A program made the position numbers and the translations under genes. Below are positions 1 through 13,389 of a DNA stretch of 64,000 nucleotides, piece after piece. The stretch lies in contig OZ234494.1 in the NCBI GenBank assembly GCA_965153455.1, forward strand, positions 12,710,001 to 12,774,000. Direction: 5' to 3'. The stretch's first letter is position 1, and every line of letters begins with the position of its first letter. The DNA is from Sphagnum compactum. Lineage: Eukaryota. Under the pieces are notes generated by a model. That model was not told the origin of the DNA. It saw only the letters and a list, made by a program, of their open reading frames with translations, and did no database searches.

Positions 1-144
1 CTACATTGCATGTAAACTGCCAACCGTCTCTCAAAACTCTTGTAATAAATTGTATATATGACCACTCTACTGAGTACAAGAAAATGCATGAGGTAGAAAA
101 ATCACAGAAATACAGAACTCGGGACTGAATGATGACAAAAATAC

Positions 145-3100
145 CAGGGACTCCTCAGGACTCAGAGAGCTGCCAAAAGCAGCTCGGCCCAGTGGGGTAG
201 ATGTGTAGAGTTGAGATTCAGAATTCCAACTTAGCAAGTGCTGGTGGCACAACCAGCGCAATGAATCTTGTGCAGCTTTCACCACTTGGTCAAATGGCTG
301 TGTTGCATTGAGCAGTGTACACCTCACATACCGTTGCACATCGGCGGCACTCTGCACTACTCCACCAGCCACTACTTCCAGCAGGGCCCGCATCATGCCA
401 TTCTTGTCATCAGCCAGGCATGATTGCAGTGGCTGACAGGCACTTTTCATGATTCCCTCCATCCGCTTTGCTTCTTCAGGCTTGCATATCAATATCTGAG
501 ATGCAATCCAAGCTTATGCAGTGAGTCATTCTCTCCTGGGGTAACTGTCAAATCTTTACACACATTTCATCAAGATACTTAGCACCTACATCATAGGCAG
601 AGCAATCTGCATCAAAATTGTTCTGCACAGGAACAAAACAAGGACATACACTTTCTCCTTTGGTGTCAATGCCAGCACGCCCTGCTCGTCCTGCCATCTG
701 CCGATATCGTGTTCCGTCAATGAAATCACGCCCAATTTTTGGCTGCCTAAATATCACCCGCCGGGCTGGTAGGTTCACCCCTGCAGCCAGAGTGGATGTG
801 GCTACAAGTACCCGAACAACCCCAGACTTAAAACATGCTTCAACAACATCCCTTTCTTCCACCTGCTCCCCCAATACATCGATCCTCTCAGATCCCACAG
901 CTTTGGGTGGCTTTTATTCTTGTATTATTTCACTGTAACACATTCCATACTCCATCCATGAAAGAAACAGGTGCAATAAAGAGATAATCCCGGTTATACA
1001 ATAGCTCTTCTTCCACTTCTAGTGCTCCTATTTGCTATCATCCTCTCATGCAACAGGTATGGTAGGAGACAAAATAGAACCGTGAGGCCTGCATGATGGT
1101 ATGCAACACCAGCTGGAAGCGTTTCTGCCAAGACAGGGTCAAGGCCAGCTGGTGACTTCCGTAATTCCTCAACAGCAGCATTTCCATCTTTAGGACCACT
1201 CATGTTTGCCTTCTCAACAATTGTGAAAGCTGGTAAGAATTTGGCAATGTGCCGAGCTGAAGTCTCACAACCTTTGCGGCTTGAGCAGAACAATAAGACT
1301 GAATGCCCTTCGCTTACTACCTGCTCAAGGGAACAACAATTGAGTCATAGTGATCCATTTTCCTTGTAGGATATAACACAGCAATTTGCAGTACATCATT
1401 GGGGACCTGCAACCCAATACTAGTCCTCCACAGTAAGCAGGATGATGCAGGATAGACAGCACCTAGAAGATGGTGGACACTCACCTCATGGCACAACTCC
1501 ACAACATGGTCAGGATCCTTGCCCCCAAGGTCAGCTTCTTTCCGTATGGTCCTCACAAGTTCCATGTTCTTCTTGTGGATTTTGTTGCCAATCTTCATGA
1601 ACTCCTCCAATGGCACAGGTCGAAAATCTGTTTCATAGAATGCAGCCTGCATTTCACACATCACAATCATGATAAAGTTCGATGAAATAACTTGGTAAAG
1701 TCAATGACAACTGAGAACAAGAGCCAAGAGCTATGTTCAATGAAAGCTTAGACAGACAACTCTATGTTCCTCAGAATTCTCCACAGTGCCCTCCTCTGAC
1801 CAACCAACAGTGTGCTTGAGATCACAAGATCAGAACTACTGGTGTAGCATGATGCACCTGCAGCCAAGTAGCCACATCAGACACATTTGGCATTGTCGCA
1901 CTCATGCCAACAATCTGCAAGCCAGTGTTCCACAAAGCACTTGAACCCAAACCCTCGCCAGGACTGCTGCCAGCTGATACAGCTTCTCCACCACCAGCTG
2001 CGTACCGCAGCTTAGTCAACAGCAACTCCAACAAGTATCCACGATCCCTGTCACCAACCTGCAATCCTTTGTGAGTTGGATTCTTGTTGGAACAACCTTA
2101 GAAAATTGGATATGGAAGCTCACAAAGTAATGGAAAAAGTACAAACTGCCCTGAATATTGTAAGCAGGAATCCAGGTGATTGTTTACAGAAGAAACATAA
2201 CAAAAAAAAACTCAATGGTACTGAGCAGTTTCATGTTGCATGTCGAACAGGTGACAGAAAGCACAGCAGCTTCAATATGCTTGACAAAGGAAGCCAAAAA
2301 AAAAAAATCCCTCACCATATGAAGCTCATCAATAACAATGATGGCTAGCTCTGGCAGGCGTCCCTCCTCCAGAAGCTTATTAATCAACAGATTAGCCTTC
2401 TCAATTGTACACACAGCCACAGATGTATCTTTAGGCAAACTTGCACCACCCTGTGCACCATAAAATCCCCGGACACGCTTGCCAAGAGGTTCCAACAGTG
2501 ATTCCAAATGTTCTGCCTGCCATCCCATTCAACCACACGGTGTGTATGACAGTTGCTGCCAATAATCCTCTTGATCGCAATCCAAGAATAAATACTTGTT
2601 GCAGATCACATGCAGTCATCATCATGCAAGTATGAGAGAACAAGTGTTATATATCGTCTTTGACCTTGACAGATATCAGTAGCATTCAACAAAACCCTTC
2701 TGGTCAGATATAATAGATGCTTCAAGGTTACAGTTGAAAATTTGTTCTGAACATAAGAAAGATCCAGCAAACAACATTGTGCTCAAGAGAAGGGGCTCAA
2801 AGCAACAGAATAGACACAAGCAGTCACACCTTCTCTGAGCAGAGAGCAACATATGGCAGCACCAAAAAAGCCTTCTTGCCAGTTGACAAAATTCGCCGTA
2901 GCATCAAAACTTCTGCAACAAGACTCTTCCCTGCACTGTTCAAACCAACCATGATGGTAACAACTGTCAAGCCAGTCTCAAGCCCTCCATACAACAGGTT
3001 TGAGAAATAATTCCAAAAAGAATTGTTCCAGACTTCACAATTTTTGCAACAGTCAAACAGATATTCAACATTACAAGTGCCTTAATCTGTGGGACCCAAG

Positions 3101-6100
3101 GAGGAATGCACCCATTTGCATTTGGATACCAGTATGACATTCCTCTCTTCTGATGCACAACATTTGAGGACATTACAAACCACCACACTGACAAGACAGA
3201 CATTGTGAGTCTTACCTGGTGGATGCACAATACACAAGACTTCGCCCTTGCAAAACGCCATCTAGCTGCAAACACTCTACCTTTCACACCCGCCAAGCCC
3301 AAACAAGTTGAAACATTCTTCATTGAATCATATATACATAGATCAATTGTACCTCTGTTCCAGTGCAGCAAAACCTTCAACAGTTATCTTCATACAGTCC
3401 AATAGACCAGCCAAAGAGCAACTTCTTGTGAGAGCTGCCTCCTCTATCTCAACAGAAACTCCCTGTCTAAACTAAAGATTTAGTGCCTTCAACATGGACC
3501 CAATTTCTAAAACGAGAGAAGATGGGTATTTGTTGGAGAATGAACTCTGAAGGACATGCAAACAAATCCTTCTACTTCTGTGATAACATTGTAGAAAGGA
3601 AAACTGAGGGCACCTGCCAAGGGTACAACTTTCTCAAGCCCTTCTTGATATATGTGGCACATATGTCAGGTGGAAGCCATTCACTGAGACCCACATGGGA
3701 TTGATCTGCACTTGGCACAACTAACAAGGCCTCCTTCCCTGTCTCCAGTGCACCTGCTGCCTTTGACAATTCTGCAGCCATAGCACGCATTTCTAATTTA
3801 TTGCTACATGTTTGCTCGGCCTCTGTGTTTGACCTGGTGGCAGTCAGCTCCTCTTTCAACGTACCAGGGGCTGCTGTGACTTGCTCAGTCAACCCCAGGC
3901 TTGTTGCAGCAACAGCTGGTGCAGAACTCTGTTGCATTTCTTCTATCTCTGATCTTCCATTCACCATCCCCATTGGAAGACATTCTTGGTTGCCCTCAGT
4001 GAGCTCTACATCATCAACTCTCATTCTGGTCTTCTGACTTGTGCCAGTACCTCTTTCATTCAGAGATTCTTTGGCAAGTACAGATCTGGAACAACATTGA
4101 AAATTGCTTTGAGAGGCATCCTGATGCAGCAATTCATCAATGCTCTTGTTCTGGGGACTAGTTTGCGAAGTGAAGTCAAAGTGTCGGACTGGCAAAGGGG
4201 ACACATCCATCTGATTAACCTGTGCTGAAAAATTCCTGCTAACTATGCCATCTACATCTGACAGTACTGTTGCTCCAACAAATCCTCTTCTCGACTCAGC
4301 TACCAAGGGACTGTGACTAGAATCCACTGATCTTGTGTCTTTAGCTGGCTCCAGAACTTGTTTGACTGGTGGATAGCTATCAGTCCTTTCTTCATATTGG
4401 CATGACTCTACATCATGTGTAGACCCTGAGGGCTTAGTATTCATATCCACTGCTCCTCCCACTTGCAGTTCTTCAACATTAGATGCGAGCAAACCATCAG
4501 CTGCTTCTATTGCTTCATCCCAAAAGGCATCCCCTGGTGAAAATAGTGAACTATGGTACACCCAACCCACAGACTTTAGACTGCTAGAAGATCCCCTTCC
4601 TGTCTTTTTTGTAGAGCTTGAATGGGGAGATTGGCACAGTCCTCCTCCTTCCTCATGTTTGGCCATGGACTTTGATCTTGACTTTGGTGTCCTATACCTG
4701 CTCCTAGTGCCATTCCTGTCATGACCCCTTTGCTGATTTGTCTCCTCTGGTGACTTTGAGAGTGGAGGAAGTGAAGGACCTTTTTCCTTCCAAGTGGGTG
4801 TCTTCAGAGCATCATTTCTGTCTGGCTGAATATTTTCTACCAAGTCTAATCCCTTGGTGAAAGTACTATCCACCTGCCGAGGAGATACACTCCACTGATT
4901 GCATCTCCCTGAAAATCTCAAGGTGTCAGTAACAACCTGAACATTTTCTCCCTTGTTAGGGGAATCAACCCCATGCGGCATTCTATCAGCCATGCCAGTT
5001 GCAATCTCCAGTTCCTTGTCCTCAATTTGTACTACGGCAACACTTGCAGACTCTTTCTGATTGAGCAATTCCAAGTTCCTTTTCTGTTTTTGGACAATGC
5101 TATCTTCTGTTGTGACCCTACTCTCTACTGTCCTCCACCTTGAATCAACTCTCTCTGGATGCTGTGCATGGTGGATTTCAAATTTTTCTTCCTCCGCAAA
5201 GCACTGCTTCTTTGAACTCCCCAAATCAACTTTCTCCAACAGTGCCCTCTTCCTATTTGTTGTTGCATCAGAGTTTTGCACATGCTTAGTAGTAGTGAGG
5301 GAAGGCTTCGTCGGTGCTACACCACTACAAAACAAAATGCAAATCATCATGAGAGACAAATATCTCAAGCCCAAAAAAAAAAAAAAAAAAACTACTTACA
5401 CAGGACAAGCAATTTCCTCATGTAGAACAACACCAAGTCTTGCATGCAAAAACCTCGGTTATCTCAAATTGCTGAAGTCTGCATTGAACTGGAGTTTAGT
5501 GAAGAGAGGATTTAGGGCTTAGTTTTGCCAACAAACATGAAGTAGAGACAGAAGTCCTTAACCTATGATGAGGGCAGGGATGATTGTGCCCCAACTGCAG
5601 AGATGGCTGATTACCTGCAACAGATGGCGAGAAATTCATTGGCGAATTGGGTGAGTTGGTGAGACTTCCTGGTGTCGTCGCCTTCAAGAGTCTCTCCCTT
5701 GTTCGGCTTGGCAACTTGTAAATCGACCGGTCCAGCCGTCCTAGCTACTTCTTCACTTGCAGTAACAGACTCCACTGCGTTCTGTACCACCTTCCAGGGA
5801 CGTGGTTGGGCTCCGATGTCTCCATGTTCTCCCACTTCTTCCGTAGTGATCGTCCTTTCGGAACCAGATTTGGTCGCGCAAGCAGCTGCAGCCTCACATC
5901 TTTGAAGTCGACTTTCGGTGGTGGAACGAAGGCAGTTGTTGCTAACCCATTGCAGAGATACTGCAGGCTTAGCCAAGGTGATGCTGCTCTCGATAACCAC
6001 CGAAGCTCCACCTCGTTTCTCGCCGCCCACAGCATTGGAAAGAGGCAACAAATCATCACCATTTCCCTGTCTATCACGGACAATAAACCCTTCTAAACTC

Positions 6101-6472
6101 CCTCTTCTGCCAGGAGACTCGTTTTTCTTCTGCTGCTTCTTCTTTTTCTCAACCGACAATGCGTCCGAATCGGTTGCTGTCAAGAAAACTCCGGAGTTTC
6201 GAACCTTTCTGGCTGGAAAAATCTGTAGAGGTGAACACGCAAAATAGACCAAAAACAGCCCAAAAAAAACTTCAATCCGGGAAAAACTCGCATCACCCAC
6301 AAGAATACGACAAACGTTTCCGCTAAACTCGTGTAAACACAATTCTCGAACAGACCCACAAAGCATAATGAAAGCGATAGAATACCCAAACGGAAGCTGC
6401 GAAAGGCAGATTTACAGAAGCGATGGCAAATGCAGAATGCACCTGGTCCAGACGGCTTTTACCACCCTCCAT
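145..6472 (-). CDS. TEB: DNA polymerase theta / helicase-and-polymerase protein TEBICHI, 5' portion (N-terminus plus SF2 helicase domain); continues past the window start
   Basis: Exons read with GT-AG ends: 6472-6443 ([10 protein letters not shown], like the KSRIDQ N-terminus of plant TEB), 6222-5615, 5324-3614 (ends KLYPWQ), 3280-3216 and 2935-2830 (Walker A ASTSAGKS across the junction). Further exons carry [49 protein letters not shown] and [10 protein letters not shown], the HELQ/POLQ helicase motif set. The polymerase domain is not in the window. Confidence 0.92.
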
Positions 6473-7479
6473 GGCTGTTTATCAGAAGCAACTAGTCGCC
6501 ACCATGAAAGGCAGTATTGAAGAACAACAGCGACGACGCTCATCGCCCACATCCATCGCTCAATTCTTGCAACGATCGCGAGAAGCAAAACCAAGCCCCC
6601 GAGATAAATCAGAAGAGCCAAGAGCGTCGTTGAAAGCGTTTGAAAAAACAAACAAACAAACTTCACTCATACGCTTCCCGCTCTGCCCACTTTTCTAGGG
6701 TTTCTAGGATTTTTTCTTTTTCCTTTTTGCCTTTTTCTTTTCCATTTTTCTTAAACAAACAAGCGGGCTAGACCCGCGATGACTATATTTCCTTTTTCTC
6801 TTTTCCCTTTTTGTTTTTTCCTTTCGGCGCTATGTGCTCGTGACTTGCGAAGGACCTATAGTCTAAATATGGCGATTTGTCCTTTTTCTACTCGAAATAT
6901 GGCAAATTTGGGAGATTTTCCCCCCCCCCCCCCAAAATCCTTTTGTTGAAGTCGCAAGCCCTCTTTTTGTTTGGTGCGGAATTTCGCCAGAAATAAAACG
7001 CTGCTCATCTCTGAGCAGCCAGGGTTCTTTATTCAATTTTTGTGTCATCGAAAATTTGGCGGTTATTTCCACAAATTAGCGAAATTAAATGAATTTACAC
7101 TTCATTAAAAATTTTAAAAAAGGTTTCACAATTTTTCCGTCCAAGAAACGACAAAATTTGTCTCAAAAAGACACACTAGTAGGGGGCTTTGTTTTGATAA
7201 ATTTCAAAAGTCGAAACTTCAGAGGCAGAAATCACTTAAAAATCAATACCTATCTCTCACATTCTGAATCCAAATCTTACCGTATAAATTCCATTAAATC
7301 CTGCTCATCGAGATCTTTCTAACAACACCAATGGCACATTCCAATTCTTCTGAAATTTTCAGCAATGATTTAATTTAATTTTCAGGGAAGAAATCATTCA
7401 TATTCAACAACATGTGCATTGCAAGTCCAAACACCATACAAAAAACCAAAGCCCATGCACCCCTTCTTCTTGTCGAGAG

Positions 7480-7722
7480 CTTGCCAAAGACATCAAGAAC
7501 ACACAATCTGAAGCATCCGGGTTCAGTGGATCTCATAACTACAAAACAAAACAAACTACCTTGCCAAAGACATCAAGAACACACAATCTGAAGCATCCGG
7601 GTTCAGTGAATCCCATAACTACAAAACAAAACAAACTACCTTGCCAAAGACATCAAGAACACACGATCTGAAGCATCCGGGTTCAGTGGATCTCATAACT
7701 ACAAAACAAAACAAACTACCTT
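7480..7722. repeat. Tandem repeat, 3 x 80 bp, near-identical units
   Basis: Unit CTTGCCAAAGACATCAAGAACACACAATCTGAAGCATCCGGGTTCAGTG...CAAACTAC starts at 7480, 7560 and 7640, with only a few substitutions and no spacers. Confidence 0.95.
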
Positions 7723-7841
7723 CCTTAATAGATAGATGGAAAAACTCCAGTTCTGACATTGAAAAATGAATTAAAACAAATCTCAGTTCCAATCTCACAC
7801 AGAATGCCCATAAATATCATTAATTTGATGGAGAGAAATTA

Positions 7842-7923
7842 CTCTTTGTAAAGCCCTCCATTATTAGTCTACTCATTATTACATTATAGTAAGTACACTA
7901 ATAATGGAGGGATTTACAAAGAG
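7842..7923. mobile_element. Tiny fold-back MITE-like element with TA flanks
   Basis: TA|CTCTTTGTAAAGCCCTCCATTATTAGT...ACTAATAATGGAGGGATTTACAAAGAG|TA; arms of about 30 bp with 1-2 mismatches. TA flanks fit Tc1/mariner-type (Stowaway-like) elements. Confidence 0.6.
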
Positions 7924-9289
7924 TAATTCCCTCCCACGAACTGGGAGGGAAATTTATGAATTTGCTTCGGGGATCTCCCTCTTCTTCTTCATCCTGTTTT
8001 GGCGGGTTTCTCCCGCTTCTCCATCAAGAGATTTTTAGTTTCATCCACTCGGTTACTTTGCTTCATTCTGAAAATGGGCTCTGGGCATTACGTTGGGTAA
8101 CTCCCTGCTCCCCTGGCATTACCCTCCACATAAATGGAACTGGGCATCCGCATCCAGGGTCCAGTTCTTTATTAAAACACTAAATTTCAGTCTGATTCTG
8201 GTTCTGAAAATCATACTTAGGGCCACTTTAGAAAAGGGTCCAAGGAGCAGGGTCCAATGAAATCGAGCATTCCTATTGATCAACAGCTTTAAATTGATCC
8301 CAAGGCCTTTCGACAAGGATCCAGGACCAAGATAAATCAAATTCTGGTTTAGCTCATATGACATCATTTTGAAGGAAAAATCAATTGTTTAAAGGAGAGC
8401 TCATGGTTTGGAGAACCAAACTGCAAGTTAAGGTACGGGTTCGTCATTTTTTCATTTTTTTTTTCAATATTTTCTTTTACATTTGTTAGTCAAATTTTGT
8501 AAAAATGGAAGAAATGTTATGGATTGAGGACATTGTTAAGAGCACACAAGCTCTTCCATTTTTGACCAATTCTAGAGTTGACATGAATGTTTTGTGAATT
8601 CTCACAAGGTGGTTGCTAGAAAGAGTGCATATTAGCTTTTTCACGTGCACAAAATGGAAGTGAATTAGAAGGTGGGGCAAAAAGTGAAAAGTTGAAACGT
8701 CAAATTTTCATAAGTGGAAGGGGATTTGGATTTGTAAGAAATCCCTAAACTAATTCCCATTCCAAAGAAGAGAGCACTCAGGAAGAAGGTGATTGTGGCG
8801 AAAAACAAAGATGAAAAAGGTGACAAAACTAAAAAAATTGGGTGGATGGTAAGGTATTACACTTCATTGCTCTAAGTGAAAAAATGGAGTTTAAATTTGT
8901 CCAAAATGCAAAAAACAAAAATAAATTTTGTCATTGCCCTTGAAATTGTTTTTCAACTTTGAAGCCCTAGTTGTGCATGTCAACATAATTTGATTTCAGG
9001 TCTAAAATGTGCAACAAATAAAAGAAAAAATTGTAAAAAATCAAATTCAGATTAGGCCAATTGGGCCTTTTTAAAACGCCTTCACATTTGCCTCTTACCC
9101 TTGCCCCCCATTCCCCCATTTGTATTTGTTCAATTCAGCCATTGTGGGGATTGAATTATCATCTCCTTGGGGGAAGGGAGAGGAGCTAACCACCAAGTCA
9201 TCTTTATTTCAAACAATTTGAAATGTTTTCCATTTGGTTTATCCATGCATTGAATTTTAATTTTTTTTAATTCTAAAGACTATTTTCAG

Positions 9290-9840
9290 CTTGTATTTCA
9301 TGGCTTCTTACCTCAATTGGTTTTCTTTTTAAGGGTGGATCTCCACATTTGAATGTTGGTTTCCATCCCTAGATTTTCAAAGACTCCAATTGCTTGCAAG
9401 CATAAATTTAATCCAATTTACAAACAATACAAGGATGACAAGATTACAAACTAATTTTAGGTAATGATCGTCATGAATGTCCTTTTTATGATGCATTGGA
9501 TAGTTGGTGGCATCGAAGTGGAAATGTGATGAAACGAGTGAGTGCATCTACTAAATGAAAATGAAGAAATTGTAAACAGATTTTGATAATGTTTCAAAGG
9601 ATGAAGGTAGTATGGAGCCAATGGAGAAACCTCTCACCTGGGATGAAATTTTAAAAAAAACAAAAAACAGAAGTTTAATGTGTATGAACATTTTTCAACC
9701 ATGGCTGAAAAAAGTACATCCATGTTACAACAATTTACTAAAACCAATGTTTTACTTAGAAACATGGATGCCCAAATTGTCTCATAAATAAATTGTAGGT
9801 TACATAAAATGTGAATATGTGAGTCATTCGTCATATTCTA
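9290..9840 (+). pseudogene. Harbinger second gene, Myb/SANT (trihelix-like) DNA-binding protein remnant
   Basis: Translates in part to ACKHKFNPIYKQYKDDK and HECPFYDALDSWW, typical of trihelix Myb-like proteins. It lies inside the TIRs, convergent with the transposase, and is disrupted. Boundaries are approximate. Confidence 0.6.
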
Positions 9841-9896
9841 ACCTAAAACTAAATGTATCTGGGAAAGCAATGTTGCTTATATTTTAGAAATTGGAT

Positions 9897-11288
9897 TCAA
9901 AAAAGTTTTTTTGTTAAAACTTCATGAGTTACCATAACTTCTATCAACATCCTCTTGATTTTTTCTTCTTTTTCTTTCTTACTAGGAATGTTTTCCATGG
10001 TTATCAACACATGATTTTCATCTTCACCTTGGTGTTCCATGTTTTCCATGTCCACCATGTCATTTCTATCATCTCCATCCACCATCCCTGGATTTTGTAA
10101 CCTCTTCATTTGTTTAAGCGTTTCTTTTGCCACCCTAAAAATATCAGCTATTTTCAAATTACCAAATGTTGTGTTTGCTTCAATTTATGCATATGTTTGA
10201 ATCTCCATGTCAAAGCCATCCAAATTAGCAATGCACATGTTGTGTAAACATATACAAGTCGTGACCAAGTCTAATTTGTGGTGTAATGGAATGTTTATTC
10301 TCTTTGGTAAAATTCTAAATCTACTTTTCAACATTCCAAAAGTTCTTTCCACTAACATCCTTGTATTAAATTGTCTAAAATTTCAATGTGTTTTGTATTT
10401 TAGCAATCCAGCTTTCTCACCTTTGAAAGGAAAATAAAACCATGGCCACATTGAATAAGTGGCATCTTTTATCACCTTATAAGGTAAAAATTTGTCTTTC
10501 ATCACACAACTTCCTACATCTATTTTTTGGAAAAAAAACCCAAATATGGATACTTCCTGCCCACCCATAATCATAATCCCAAAAATTGCATTTTGCATCT
10601 CCAATTCCTTGAATCAATGTAGAGTAAAACATTTTTCGACAATAATATGATTTTGGGTCTACTTTAGGTGCAACAATTAACATGTGACTACCATTTATGG
10701 CACCTAAAATGTATGGAATTCTATGCAAGCTTTTAAAACCAACAGTGATTTTTTTAATATTGTCTCTAGTTGATTTAAGGATCATCAATGGTTTTAAGTG
10801 CTTTTGAGTTACTTAACATAATTCTCTCACTATAATTGATGTATTTTTTGTAATGCCAAAAACCTTTCCACATATTTGCAAAGAATTTCCACTACCTAGT
10901 CATGTAAAATCCATTGTTACTTTTGTTTCAACAAGGATGTTTTCTTTCATTTGTGTATTTTTTTTGTACAAGGCTTGAACCCACAACCCTAATCAATGAA
11001 CGAAATGTGTCATAACTTCACCTTGTTTGTTGCCAAAACAACTTTTCAAAAAAGCTCCCGCTCCCCAAAAGTTGATTCTTCATGCATCCCACTACCCTCT
11101 CATACCTCCACATGTTGTGAACTTTTGGTGCCATGTCAACAAACTCCATGAAAACAACATTACATTCATCATACTCCAATGTTGTTCAATAGTTACTCAT
11201 TGCAATGCAACCACTTGTGTAATGACTCGATGTGCATGACCATAATAAAAACAAAAGCCACTAATATCTTATGCCTACGCTCATCCAT
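9897..11288 (-). pseudogene. Harbinger (HARBI1/DDE_Tnp_4-like) transposase, frameshifted
   Basis: Fragments ILGAINGSHMLI (GAIDGSHI motif with D to N), YYCRKMFYS, FWDYDYGWAGS, DATY and RMLVERTFGMLKSRFRIL lie in different frames, with stops. Confidence 0.85.
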
Positions 11289-13389
11289 TTTGTGTAATTA
11301 GAGTAAAAAGGGAGAAGAAAAACACAAATTAGAAAAAACCATGAAAAAAAAGAAGAAAATAAAAAAGACCAAAGGTTAACCCAATCCTCTCACATGTCAA
11401 TCACATATTTTTGATATTGGACCCTTGAATTCAACCCCACACCTTTTCGACACCTTTAGACACACTAATTGTACCTTAGAAAAAAATGTTTTTTTGTAAT
11501 GTGAAAAAGGGTCCAATTCAAGGTGCAATTTACTTCAAATTGATCCATATGTTTTTGGTCCTTGGACCCTTGTCTAAAGTGGGCCGTAAGATAAGGCCAC
11601 ACTATATGTGTAAAGCTTGCATGTAATTTCACCTTAACATCATCAAAGTGCCACCAACCATAATATCACAATTTTTCATATTGTAGACTACCATCAATCT
11701 TTTAAATAATATTTCAACATGTCCACACCAATGTGGGGTGGGTATTTGATTTTTTTGTATTTACTCGGGAATGGTTTTTAAAGAAAAAGATTTTAAAGAA
11801 CCAACCATGTCCAATTATTTGAATTTTTATATTTTTAAAAAACTACCCTAATTGGTTCTTTCATAATTGAAGCTTAATGGGTACAAGTTAGGGGTAGGGG
11901 TTTGGCTATCGATTTAGACATGTATGTAACCAGGTTATTTAACAAAAACCCAAGTTATTTTATGAAATACATTTTAAGATTCTTTGGGGTCTTTGATGGA
12001 TGGAACCCCGGCCAGGTATATTATTGTGTTGTAAGTAATGTATATATTCTTTAAAGTTCTTTGACAAATATCTAGCTAAATGAAATACCTAGGTCTAAAA
12101 GAACACAATTCTTAAAGTTCAAGGCCCAACACAAAAAAAAAACCTTTAAGTCTACTTTTTAACAAAAAAATATCAAAGTGGTGCAACTTGAAAATCCAAA
12201 AATAAATCTTTCAAGCTTGGATCTAAACTTATTTGAAACTCCAAACTCAATAAAAATGAAATTAAAAATGAACAATATATTGAACCAAAATATAGGGCAT
12301 TTTGTCTATTGGTTTCCAGTGAACAAAGTTAAACTCTTTTCTCACATATTCCAAATGTCAATTCCATCTCCCATATTTACATCCCTTTAAACAACTAACA
12401 ATACAAGAACAAGACAAAGAAAAAAAACGTACATGGATAAGACCAAAAATTGTTTCAAACCCAATGCATTTGATAGAAATAAAAAACTAGAAACCCAATG
12501 CAAGCAACAAAAACCCAATGTAATATACAAAAATAAAAAACCCATAGTTAGCACAAGTAGATACCAAAGACCCTATGCAAGCAACAAAAACCTAATATAA
12601 CACACAAAAACCCAAGACCCAATGCAATAAACAAAAACCAAAAACCCATAACACAAGTGGAAACTAAAGACCCAATGCAAGCAACAAAAACTTGGTGTGA
12701 CACAAAAACCCAAGACCCAATGCAACAAAAGAAAAAACCAAAAACGCAGAACATAAGCAAAAATTAAAAACCAAATGAAAGAGACCCAAATTTCAAGATG
12801 CAAAAAAAAAACCAATGCAAAAAATGACAAATACGCAAAGGATGGGCAAGAACAAGGAGCAAGACACCAAGACACATAACATAGGATGGATCATAGAAGA
12901 TAGGGTATAACAACAAACCAAATTGAAGCCCCATAGAAAAGAAAAAAACACTAGTAACAAATTACATGGTAAATATTAAAACAATGACTTTACTTGATAA
13001 AAGGAAAAATATTCATAAAACCAAATTAAGCCCATAGATGACAAATAGAATACAAATCACACAAGTAAAGACCACATTACAATCATTAGCCATCTTTGAA
13101 TCATTGCATAGAAGAATTTTCTACCCTTGAAATATTGACATAAATCATGTTTCATCATCTTCACTTTTTTAAGGTTCATGATAAAATTACATTTTCCATT
13201 TTGATTAGGACAATAAAAATCTTAACTTTTAGATTTTATTACATGATGATTGTCCATGAGGGTCATCCATACCATCAACAAATTTAGCATCCCATCTTTA
13301 ATTCCACATCATTGGGCATGAGTTGTAGACTTAAAACATCTAGAGAACTTGAAAGAAACTCAACTTAGTGAACCAAATCACAAGTTACC

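Larger units (their letters stand above)
8220..11586. mobile_element. Decayed full-length PIF/Harbinger DNA transposon
   Basis: TIRs GGGCCACTTTAGAAAAGGGTCCAAGGA (from 8220) and TCCTTGGACCCTTGTCTAAAGTGGGCCG (to 11586), flanked by TTA and TAA. The interior holds HARBI1-like transposase remnants (minus) and Myb/trihelix remnants (plus). Confidence 0.85.

Noticed and set aside
3614-5324. Large low-complexity exon as a separate novel 600-aa gene
   Set aside because: It splices in phase with the flanking exons and ends in the KLYPWQ motif preceding the helicase domain; plant TEB proteins have long N-terminal extensions.
7480-7722. Possible CRISPR array
   Set aside because: Whole 80-bp units are repeated with no unique spacers, there are no cas genes, and the context is eukaryotic.
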